NCBI GenBank assembly: GCA_963753185.1 | Contig: CAVWBO010000007.1 | Span: 1,019,538-1,083,537 of the forward strand | Reading direction: 5' to 3' | Source of the DNA: an uncultured Acidimicrobiia bacterium | GTDB taxonomy: Bacteria; Actinomycetota; Acidimicrobiia; Spongiisociales; UBA5794 | Length of the DNA stretch: 64,000 nt | Part shown: positions 8,863 through 16,545 of the stretch, in pieces | How positions within the stretch are numbered: the first letter of the stretch is position 1 | Layout: each line of letters begins with the position of its first letter | Position numbers and translations under genes: made by a program | The notes under the pieces: generated by a model | What the model saw: only the letters and a program-made list of their open reading frames with translations | The model's database searches: none | What the model was told of the DNA's origin: nothing

Positions 8863-9699
8863 TCAATACAGCTCAGGCACGAAGGTCTGCTCGGTGATCG
8901 GCGGCCGGATGTACCCGTGATCGGGCTGTCGCGGCGGGAGTTCGATCGTTCCCAGGGTGCGGTCCTCGTAGGGGATGAGGGACAGCAGGTGGCTGATGCA
9001 GTTGAGCCTGGCGCGTTTCTTGTCCTCTGCGTTCACGACGTACCACGGAGCCTGCTTGATGTCGGTGTGGTCGAACATGATGTCCTTCGCCTTCGAGAAC
9101 TCGACCCACCTGGCGCGCGACTCGAGATCCATCGGCGACAGCTTCCAGCGCTTCGTCTTGTCGTCGATCCGTGACCGGAACCGCCGTTCCTGTTCCTCGT
9201 CGCTGACGGAGAACCAATACTTGACCAGGACGATCCCGCTGCGCACCAGCATCCGCTCGAACTCGGGACACGATCGGAGGAACTCCCTGTACTCCTCCTC
9301 CGTGCAGAACCCCATCACGGGTTCAACGAGGGCCCTGTTGTACCAGGACCTATCGAACATGACCATCTCACCCGCGGCGGGCAGGTACGGAACGTACCGC
9401 TGGAACCACCACTGGGTCTTCTCGCGCTCGGTCGGGGTGCCGAGGGCCTCGACCCTGCAGATGCGAGGATTGAGCCGCTCGCTTATCCGCTTGATGGCGC
9501 CCCCCTTGCCGGCGGCGTCCCTGCCTTCGAATACCACGATGACCTTGATTCCCTCGGTGCGGATGTAGCTCTGCAGCTTGACGAGCTCGATCTGGAGGCG
9601 TTCGAGCTCCTCCTCGTAGAAACGCGTCTTGAGCTTGGGCTTCTTCTCGCCACGTACAGGTTCGATGGTGTTGAACACCGACTCGCTGGCATCGGTCAT
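8863..9699 (-). CDS. ppk2: Polyphosphate kinase 2 (PPK2, single-domain)
   Basis: VVFEGRDAAGKGGAIKRI (Walker A), FDRSWYNRALVEPVMGF, KRWKLSPMDLESR. ATG 9699 is preceded by GGAGAAAGAG and lies inside ORF 8863..9783. Confidence 0.9.
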   Translation of the reverse strand: MTDASESVFNTIEPVRGEKKPKLKTRFYEEELERLQIELVKLQSYIRTEGIKVIVVFEGRDAAGKGGAIKRISERLNPRICRVEALGTPTEREKTQWWFQRYVPYLPAAGEMVMFDRSWYNRALVEPVMGFCTEEEYREFLRSCPEFERMLVRSGIVLVKYWFSVSDEEQERRFRSRIDDKTKRWKLSPMDLESRARWVEFSKAKDIMFDHTDIKQAPWYVVNAEDKKRARLNCISHLLSLIPYEDRTLGTIELPPRQPDHGYIRPPITEQTFVPELY

Positions 9700-9782
9700 G
9701 GTGACTCTTTCTCCGAGGATCATCCCCGACGATACTCGACGCGCAGGTGCCGCTGACGCCCCCGATCGGTAGCCTGCAGGCA

Positions 9783-10628
9783 ATGGCTGTCCCCGTGTCC
9801 TTCCTCAGCGACTTCGGTCACGAAGACGAGTTCGTCGGCGTCGTCCACGGCGTCATCGCCCGGATCGCTCCTGAGGTTCGATTGATCGACGTCACCCATG
9901 GCATCCGACGCGGAGACGTCCACGGTGGCGCACTCGCCCTCACCCGTGCGGTCCAGTTCATGCCGGACGGTGTGTTCCTCGCCGTCGTCGATCCGGGGGT
10001 CGGGACTGCACGAAGGGCGATCGCGGCGCGTACCCCGGTCGGCTACTTCGTCGGACCGGACAACGGGCTGCTCGCACCCGCTGTGGCGATGGTCGGAGGC
10101 GCCGATCGCATCGTGTCCCTGGAGGATCCTCGGTTCCGACTTCCGTCCGTCGGGGCGACCTTCCACGGTCGGGACGTGTTCGCTCCCGCGGCCGCCGTGC
10201 TCGCATCGTCCCAGGCGGTCCTCGAGGACCTCGGCCCCGTCCTCGCTCCCGAGACGATCACGCCCCTGATGGTTCCCCTCTCGGAACCGGCTGGCAACGG
10301 TGGGGTCAAGGCGACCGTCCTGTGGATCGACTCGTTCGGGAACATCCAGTTCAACATCGGACCGGAGGATCTCGGCGCGCTCGACCTCTCACCGGGTGAT
10401 GATGTGCGTGTGTCCTTCGGGATGACGGACCTCCGCATCGTCTGGGGCGACACGTACGGCTCGGTGGACGAAGGGGAGGCGGTCATCCATGTCGACTCGC
10501 ACGGCCAGATCGCCCTCGGCGTGCGGGCGGGCCGCGCAGCGGACGACTTCGCGCTCCACGTCGGTGACTCGGCGGTGATCGGGCGCCCCGACGGCGGAAA
10601 CCGCATCGAGATCCGCGCCGTCGACTGA
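9783..10628 (+). CDS. SAM hydroxide adenosyltransferase family protein (DUF62; fluorinase/chlorinase-like fold)
   Basis: MAVPVSFLSDFGHEDEFVGVVHGVIARIAP...LAVVDPGVGTARR...VGPDNGLL are typical DUF62 N-terminal motifs. Start taken at ATG 9783 inside ORF 9747..10628. Confidence 0.8.
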   Translation: MAVPVSFLSDFGHEDEFVGVVHGVIARIAPEVRLIDVTHGIRRGDVHGGALALTRAVQFMPDGVFLAVVDPGVGTARRAIAARTPVGYFVGPDNGLLAPAVAMVGGADRIVSLEDPRFRLPSVGATFHGRDVFAPAAAVLASSQAVLEDLGPVLAPETITPLMVPLSEPAGNGGVKATVLWIDSFGNIQFNIGPEDLGALDLSPGDDVRVSFGMTDLRIVWGDTYGSVDEGEAVIHVDSHGQIALGVRAGRAADDFALHVGDSAVIGRPDGGNRIEIRAVD

Positions 10629-10637
10629 GGGCGCGGA

Positions 10638-10733
10638 CTACGGGGTGAGGCCGCCGGAGGCGAGCTTGATCAGGAACGCGACCACGATGAACGCCATGAG
10701 GACGGCGATCGCGATCGATGTGACCGGTCGCAC
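10638..10733 (-). CDS. Possible 31-aa single-TM micropeptide directly downstream of the geranylgeranyl reductase gene
   Basis: My own translation: GTG 10733, (M)RPVTSIAIAVLMAFIVVAFLIKLASGGLTP, stop at 10638-10640. It starts 4 nt after the upstream stop. No clear SD and too short for the ORF track. Confidence 0.3.
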   Translation of the reverse strand: MRPVTSIAIAVLMAFIVVAFLIKLASGGLTP

Positions 10734-10737
10734 GATC

Positions 10738-11961
10738 TCAGGATCCCACGTTGACGGTCCGCTCGATGGCGGTGTAGATGTGCTCGGACATCTTCGCCTC
10801 CTCGGGATCGAGCAGGTTGGCCATCACCTTCAGCGTCCATTCCATCAGCGGCTTGTTCCGGATGCCGACCGTCGTGAGGGTCTTCATGATCGTCGGGTTC
10901 CCGATGACCCTGACGAAGACGCGTGCGACACGGTGGTAGTCGCCATAGGTTGCCTCGAGCTCTGCGTCGTAGCCCGCGAGTGCTGACGCGTCACCGGCTA
11001 CCGCATCTGCCATGTATCGGGCGGCCATGCGCCCCGTTTCGTAGGCGTAGTCGATGCCCTCGCCGTTGAAAGGGTTGACGGCGCCCGAGGCGTCCCCGAC
11101 GAGCGCCCAGTTCCGACCGACCTTCGGCCCGACGGACAGCGACATGGGGAGCTTGCCACCGATCGGACGGGTGTGGCTCGTGTCGTCGTCGATCTTCCAG
11201 TGGTCAGGTAGTTGATGGACATACGCGTCGAGGATGCTCGAGGTGTTGATGTCCTTCCATCCCTTGAACGTCGAGACGAGGCCTGCACCGACGTTGATCT
11301 CGCCGTCGCCGAGAGGGAATACCCATCCGTATCCCGGCATCGCCCTGCCCTCGGCATCGCGGATATCGAGTTGGCTCTCGATCATGCGGTCGTCCGAGTT
11401 CGGGCTCTCCCAGTACCCGCGAACGGCGAGACCGTACGGGTAGTCGCGACGTCGTGACGCACCCACGCCGCGCCCGAAGCGGGAGTTCGATCCGTCGGCG
11501 ATGATCACGAATTCGGGGTGCACGGTCCTGGTCCCGTCTGCGTTCGTGAGGGTGACCGCGGTGACCCTGTCGTTGTCGAGGACGGGCATGGCCGTGGTGC
11601 CCTGCTCGACGACGGCGCCCTGGGCTGCGGCGAGCCCGGCGACGGTGCCGTCGAGGTCGGCGCGCCGCATGGTGGCTCCCCAATTCGGGTACACGGAGTG
11701 CTCCGGCCATGCGAGTTCGATCTTCATGTCCCCCGCATAGGCGCGGAGGCCCTCGACCCTGTGGAGGTCGAGGCCGGCGAAGTCGAATCCCATGTCAAGG
11801 AGCTGCTTGATCGCCCGTGGTGTGAGGCCGTCGCCGCAGGCCTTCTCACGCGGGTAGCGCTTCTTCTCGACGAGGTGAACCTCGACGCCGTTTCGTGCCA
11901 ACCAGTAGGCGGCGGATGCCCCTCCGGGCCCACCACCGACGACGAGGACGCTTGCAGTCAT
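10738..11961 (-). CDS. Geranylgeranyl reductase family FAD-dependent oxidoreductase (MenJ-like)
   Basis: MTASVLVVGGGPGGASAAYWLARNGVEVHLVEKKRYPREKACGDGLTPRAIK is a dinucleotide-binding GxGxxG plus the GGR-family motif. Start ATG 11961 inside ORF 10738..12030. Confidence 0.85.
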   Translation of the reverse strand: MTASVLVVGGGPGGASAAYWLARNGVEVHLVEKKRYPREKACGDGLTPRAIKQLLDMGFDFAGLDLHRVEGLRAYAGDMKIELAWPEHSVYPNWGATMRRADLDGTVAGLAAAQGAVVEQGTTAMPVLDNDRVTAVTLTNADGTRTVHPEFVIIADGSNSRFGRGVGASRRRDYPYGLAVRGYWESPNSDDRMIESQLDIRDAEGRAMPGYGWVFPLGDGEINVGAGLVSTFKGWKDINTSSILDAYVHQLPDHWKIDDDTSHTRPIGGKLPMSLSVGPKVGRNWALVGDASGAVNPFNGEGIDYAYETGRMAARYMADAVAGDASALAGYDAELEATYGDYHRVARVFVRVIGNPTIMKTLTTVGIRNKPLMEWTLKVMANLLDPEEAKMSEHIYTAIERTVNVGS

Positions 11962-12075
11962 GGCGGTGAGGGTACCGGCCGGTCGGCACATCGCAGCGGC
12001 TCGGTCGAGGCACGAACGGAGCTGATACACCGATCGTGAGCGCCACGGTCACGACCGAGGATGGTGTGCCGAGCC

Positions 12076-13833
12076 CTACGGCTGGCTCGCCTCGACGGTC
12101 TCATCCTCGACTTCGACGAGACCACAGTCGATCTCGGCCTCGGTGCGGTCCTCGCCTCCGAACGCCACCCGCTCGTACAGGACGACGGCGGCGATCTGCT
12201 CGGGTGTGAGGACGCCGTCATAGCCCGGCATCAACCCGACGCCACCGACCGGCTTGTTCGTGTCACCGTACGTCGGCTCTGGGAAGTTCGCCGTGCCCAG
12301 CGTGACCCACTCAACGTGGTCGGTGCACGCCGAGAAGGTCGCCAGAACGGCGCCACCTGTGAAGGCCGGTCCCACACCTCCACCGCCGTCGGCTCCGTGG
12401 CAGGCGGCGCACTGGGCGTAGATGCCGGCGCCCATCGACAGGTAATCGACCGAAGACGACCCGTACTCGGACCCGTCGCAGTTGACGGCAAGCCCGGTCG
12501 CTGGATCGATGTTGAGTTGGCCAGCGGTGCCACAGTCAGGGCCGTTCGGGGAGACGAGGATGTAGGTAACGGCGAGCAGCGGGATGATGATGAACGCCGC
12601 CGCGAGCCACGTCGGGTACCTGCCCCTGCGCGGGGCTGCCAGTTCTTCGGTCCGATCGCCTCCGGGTTCGTCGGCCTGCACAGTTGCGGAAGCTGCGATG
12701 ACCTCCACGTCGTCCGCTGCCGTGGGCTCATCACGCTGCGCTGCGGGTTCGACCGGTGGAGAGGTCTGCACATCTGAGGATGTTGCCGACGTGCCGCCAG
12801 ATGGTGCACCGACCGTCGCCGGGTCGACGCCGGCCCATTCGGCGAGGACTGCCTCGAGGGGTTCGCCGGTCTTCTTGGCGCGTGCCTCGGCGGAGCGCTT
12901 CGCGATGGGTGCCGGCATGCCCTTTGCCTCTGCAACCTTCTCCAGGAGTTCGTCCATCGACATGGCCGCCGCCGCGGCAGGTGCTCCGGCAGACGGAGGA
13001 GTTGCCTGGGCGGTCGGTGCCTCTGGTTGCTCCGGTTGCGACGCGCCCTCAGTGGCAGCGCCCCCGACGGTCGCTGGGTCGATGCCTGCCCATTCGGCGA
13101 GGACTGCCTCGAGGGGTTCGCCGGTCTTCTTGGCGCGTGCCTCGGCGGAGCGCTTCGCGATGGGTGCCGGCATGCCCTTTGCCTCTGCAACCTTCTCGAG
13201 GAGTTCGTCCATCGACATGGCCGCCGCCGCGACTGCTGCGGGTGCGGCTGCTCGCTCGGCTGTCGGTGCCTCGGCTGGCTCTGGTTCGGCGGCATCCGCG
13301 GTTGCAGGCGTCTGCGGGGTCGTGGCGACGGGCTGGCCTGGTCTCTCTGCGACGGGGAGTTCGAGACCTGCGTCGGCCCTGGCTCGGAGATCGTCGAGGT
13401 CGACACCGGCCCACGTCGCGAGGACCGAGTCGATACTGGTTCCCGCGTTTCGGGCACGAGCATCCGCAGACGACCGCACGAGCTTCTCCGGCATGCGCTT
13501 CGACGCTGCCGCGAGCCCCACCAGATACTCCGTGGAGACCTCAGTCGGCGCACTCTGCGGCGCAGGGGTATTCGAAGGCACGGGATCGGGCGCCGCCGTC
13601 GCCGCCGGCGGGCTGTCGGCGCCCTCGTTCGGGCTATCGAGCGCCGCGGCATCCATGCCGGCGGCGGGCCCGGTGGGCTCGTCGGTGCCTTCGCCGGCGT
13701 CTTCCCCCGCCCATTCGGCGAGGACGGCCTCGAGCGAGATGCCCTCCTTGTCCGCGCGCGCCTGCGCGGAGCGCTTTGCGAGCGCGGGGGGCATGCCCAT
13801 CTTCTCTGCCGCTTTGTTGAGGAGTTCGTCCAT
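12076..13833 (-). CDS. Membrane-anchored monohaem cytochrome c with four N-terminal ~45-aa helical repeats
   Basis: C-terminus YAQCAACHGADGGGGVGPAF...GLMPGY (CxxCH plus Met ligand). One TM (YPTWLAAAFIIIPLLAVTYILV). The N-terminal 400 aa hold 4 repeats of the type MSMDELLEKVAEAKGMPAPIAKRSAEARAKKTGEPLEAVLAEWAG, separated by P/A/T-rich linkers. Confidence 0.85.
   Translation of the reverse strand: MDELLNKAAEKMGMPPALAKRSAQARADKEGISLEAVLAEWAGEDAGEGTDEPTGPAAGMDAAALDSPNEGADSPPAATAAPDPVPSNTPAPQSAPTEVSTEYLVGLAAASKRMPEKLVRSSADARARNAGTSIDSVLATWAGVDLDDLRARADAGLELPVAERPGQPVATTPQTPATADAAEPEPAEAPTAERAAAPAAVAAAAMSMDELLEKVAEAKGMPAPIAKRSAEARAKKTGEPLEAVLAEWAGIDPATVGGAATEGASQPEQPEAPTAQATPPSAGAPAAAAAMSMDELLEKVAEAKGMPAPIAKRSAEARAKKTGEPLEAVLAEWAGVDPATVGAPSGGTSATSSDVQTSPPVEPAAQRDEPTAADDVEVIAASATVQADEPGGDRTEELAAPRRGRYPTWLAAAFIIIPLLAVTYILVSPNGPDCGTAGQLNIDPATGLAVNCDGSEYGSSSVDYLSMGAGIYAQCAACHGADGGGGVGPAFTGGAVLATFSACTDHVEWVTLGTANFPEPTYGDTNKPVGGVGLMPGYDGVLTPEQIAAVVLYERVAFGGEDRTEAEIDCGLVEVEDETVEASQP
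12815..12976. repeat. Direct repeat copy A (near-identical to 13070..13231, offset 255 bp)
   Basis: cccattcggcgaggactgcctcgaggggttcgccggtcttcttggcgcgtgcctcggcggagcgcttcgcgatgggtgccggcatgccctttgcctctgcaaccttctc[c/g]aggagttcgtccatcgacatggccgccgccgcg occurs at 12834-12976 and at 13089-13231. I saw a single mismatch. Identity decays at the 5' flank. Confidence 0.9.
13070..13231. repeat. Direct repeat copy B (see 12815..12976)
   Basis: Same ~143-bp core as copy A. It encodes protein repeat 3 of the cytochrome c, and copy A encodes repeat 4. Confidence 0.9.
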
Positions 13834-13840
13834 GGTGGCC

Positions 13841-15739
13841 CTACCTCAGGGTCTCGATGTAGCTGACGAGGGCGTTGAGGTCCTCGGAGGAAAGATACGC
13901 GTACGACGGCATCGTCGACCATGGCACCACCGAGCGCGGGTTCGCGAGGTGGGCCTGGACGATGACCTTGTCGAAGAATTCGACCCTGCCGGCGTAGTGC
14001 ATGAGATCAGGGCCGAATCTCGACGTGCCGAGGAGTGCGGGGTTCTCGTTCGCGTAGTCTCCTGCGACGCTCACCGGTCCGAGCCCGACGTCACTGCCGA
14101 TGGGGCGAACCTGTTGGGTGTGGCACTCGATGCATCCTTCCGAGATGTAGAGGTCGCGGCCGATCGCCTGGGGCGAACCGGTGACATAGGTGCGGTTGGA
14201 GTCGGCGAGGATGGTCGCTTCGCGGTCGGCCCTGTCGGCGACGGGGAGCACCCACGTCATGAGGGCTGCGAAGACCCATACGCCGACGACACCCGTCACG
14301 AGCCGTCCCCACGACGCATACCGGGTCTGGCCCTCGAACTCGAGGTCGTAGTCGGTCGAATCGAATGTCACGGCGCCAGCAGGCTCACCATGTCGAGGTT
14401 TCAGGAAAGCGATCTGGCCGATGGCGAAGATCGCAATGCCGATCGCGGCGACCCAGAGGAACAACTCCGAGCTGTCTGCCGTCACCTTCCATGCATCCCC
14501 TGCGTTCACGAAACCTTGGCTCGCGGGTCCCGCCGCCCAGCTGAAGCCGACGACAACCCCGCCGACGAGGAGACCCGCCGTTGCGGCGAGCAGGCCCAGC
14601 GTCGACAGCACGAAATGGATCGACGGCCCACCGGTGCGGCCGCCGCGGAGGATCGACACCGTGGCGAAGATCGCGAATGATCCGCCACCGAGGACGATCA
14701 GGGCATCGAGGCCGTCGACCCACGGTGTGAACTGGACGACGCCGCTGGTCGCTCTCCACGCGGTGAGCAATACCACGACGGTTGCGAGCGTGAGGGCCAG
14801 GGAGGCGATCACGGCGTACCGGAGGGTCGCTCGGTCCGTGATGGAGGAGACCTTGCCCGCGATCATCAAGCCGAGGTCGGCCGCGATCGTCAGGGCCGGT
14901 ATCAGGGTCGCGATCGCGAACGCAACGGCAAGGGTCTCGTACCAATCCGGTGTGGGGGAGAAGATGAAGCGCACGGCAGCGAGATTCGCCCATACCAGGG
15001 CCAACGACCAGAAGCCGAGCGTCGACAGCGGTCGTGGAGCAGTCGGATCGGTGCCGGTGAGCGACGTGAAGGCGTGGTACAGCAACCCGACGGACGCGGT
15101 GACGAAGAACAGCCCGGTCGTGCCGGCGCTCGAGAATGCCATCTGGATGGACCCTGCGATCCCTTCGGACATCGGGACGATGGCAACGAGACCCGACAAG
15201 GCGAGCCAGATCGGAGCTGCGGTGAGATACCAGCCGGTCGCTCCGAGCGAGTCACGCCTCGTCCGGGCCGTGCCCACCACGGCGACCGCTGCCAGGAGGT
15301 AGCCGATCGCCAGGATCGCCCTGGCCCACAGGGGAGAAGCGATCCCCGCGATGCCAGAGCTCATGCCGAGCGCCACACCCACGGCGGCGCCGAGAGCTCC
15401 AACGGCGATGACCAGAAGGGAGGCGAATGCGACGAGCGAACGCACGACATCGGAACCGGTCACCCTCGACAGTGCCAAGTACGAGCAGCCGAGGAGTCCG
15501 ATCGTGAGCCACCCATCCGTCAGGAGTATGCGGGCAGCCGGGGCGAGGCGGCCATAGGTCGTGAACGCACTGCCCGAGAGCAGGTCGGGAAGCACCAGTT
15601 GCAGCGCGGCGATGGCTCCGATCACCGAGCCGAGGATGAGAAAGATCGAGGCGACGGTCACATGGGTGCGAATGACGCTCGTGCCCCGGGGAGAACCGGA
15701 TGCCTGATCCGGATGGTTCGATGCAGTTTCGGCGGTCAC
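13841..15739 (-). CDS. CcoN-like (haem-copper oxidase subunit I fold, all metal-ligand His missing) fused to an intact CcoO/FixO monohaem cytochrome c
   Basis: C-terminus GRDLYISEGCIECHTQQVRP...FGPDL...HLANPRSVVPWSTMPSY is CcoO. The N-terminal ~450 aa align with CcoN (AALQLVLPDL..YGRLAP, SPTPDWYETL), but RPLHTN, WYGHN, GPHHLHY and GHVH are replaced. Start taken at GTG 15739 (AGGAGGA 11 nt upstream) inside ORF 13841..15859. Confidence 0.8.
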   Translation of the reverse strand: MTAETASNHPDQASGSPRGTSVIRTHVTVASIFLILGSVIGAIAALQLVLPDLLSGSAFTTYGRLAPAARILLTDGWLTIGLLGCSYLALSRVTGSDVVRSLVAFASLLVIAVGALGAAVGVALGMSSGIAGIASPLWARAILAIGYLLAAVAVVGTARTRRDSLGATGWYLTAAPIWLALSGLVAIVPMSEGIAGSIQMAFSSAGTTGLFFVTASVGLLYHAFTSLTGTDPTAPRPLSTLGFWSLALVWANLAAVRFIFSPTPDWYETLAVAFAIATLIPALTIAADLGLMIAGKVSSITDRATLRYAVIASLALTLATVVVLLTAWRATSGVVQFTPWVDGLDALIVLGGGSFAIFATVSILRGGRTGGPSIHFVLSTLGLLAATAGLLVGGVVVGFSWAAGPASQGFVNAGDAWKVTADSSELFLWVAAIGIAIFAIGQIAFLKPRHGEPAGAVTFDSTDYDLEFEGQTRYASWGRLVTGVVGVWVFAALMTWVLPVADRADREATILADSNRTYVTGSPQAIGRDLYISEGCIECHTQQVRPIGSDVGLGPVSVAGDYANENPALLGTSRFGPDLMHYAGRVEFFDKVIVQAHLANPRSVVPWSTMPSYAYLSSEDLNALVSYIETLR

Positions 15740-15871
15740 GCTTTCGGCGTCCTCCTGTGCGTGCTGACAGCGCTGCCCATGGGATGGCTGGCGAAACTCT
15801 AGCCGCGGACATGCCGGCAACCCGCATCGGTTGGCGTGCACGCAGCGAAACGACCACAATCACCGGATCGG

Positions 15872-15893
15872 TTCGCCCGGTATTCGCCCGGTA
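15872..15893. promoter_or_regulatory. Tandem direct repeat TTCGCCCGGTA x2 (11-bp period) in the divergent control region
   Basis: Read directly as ggTTCGCCCGGTATTCGCCCGGTAacc. It lies between the ccoNO-like start (15739) and the start of the b6c-type operon (15961). Confidence 0.35.
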
Positions 15894-15960
15894 ACCATGA
15901 AGGTGCACCCGCGTGAGTTCTCGGGCACCGTAAACTGCCTGCACTCGGACAGGGACATAC

Positions 15961-16545
15961 GTGACCGAACGGAAGCAACTCATCGCAGGGCTGGGTCTGA
16001 TCCTGGTGGGCATCGTCGTCGCGATCGTCGGCTCCTTCCTGGTCCACACGGCCGAAGCTGATGAGTTCAACGAGTTCGGTCAGGAGATCTACGCGAACTT
16101 CCCCAGGGGTTGGGTGCCCGCCACGATCGCGCAGATGGTCGCCCTCGGTGGCGTGTTGATGGCGATGGCGGGTGCGGCCTTCGGATTCATCTACGGCCGG
16201 ACGCTCACGTGGGCGCGTGCGATGCTCGGCGCCCTCCTGTTCACCGGATTGATGTTCATCCTGTTCGCGATCATCCCGAACCAGATGCTCACGCTGTTCC
16301 AGTCGACCCTCGAGTGGACGCAGGTCAAGATCTTCGTGACGATCCCGCCGTTCCTCGTCCTCGGCAATGAGATCTCGATCTCCTACGCGGCGCTGAAGGA
16401 CATGATCGTCGCCGGGTACGTCACGACCCTCCTCATCGTGCTGCCTGTCGTCATGTACCAGTGGCAGGAGCGCGCGAAGCGCTCCGACGTGCCGAAGCCC
16501 CAACCCGTCTCGAACTACGGGCGCCCGATGCGGACGGTGGAGTGA
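15961..16545 (+). CDS. Hypothetical integral membrane protein, first gene of the Rieske/cytochrome b6 operon
   Basis: 194-aa ORF from GTG with 4-5 predicted TM helices (LIAGLGLILVGIVVAIVGSFLV, MVALGGVLMAMAGAAFGFIY, ...). Its stop overlaps the next start (TGATG). Confidence 0.7.
   Translation: MTERKQLIAGLGLILVGIVVAIVGSFLVHTAEADEFNEFGQEIYANFPRGWVPATIAQMVALGGVLMAMAGAAFGFIYGRTLTWARAMLGALLFTGLMFILFAIIPNQMLTLFQSTLEWTQVKIFVTIPPFLVLGNEISISYAALKDMIVAGYVTTLLIVLPVVMYQWQERAKRSDVPKPQPVSNYGRPMRTVE

Noticed and set aside
12231-14680. Very long ORFs 12231..13922 (-, 563 aa) and 12584..14680 (+, 698 aa) overlapping the cytochrome c and CcoN-CcoO genes
   Set aside because: Their translations are Arg/Pro/Ser/Ala-rich low-complexity strings, typical of out-of-frame or antisense shadows in high-GC DNA. 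The in-frame alternatives carry clear CxxCH, CcoO and repeat motifs.
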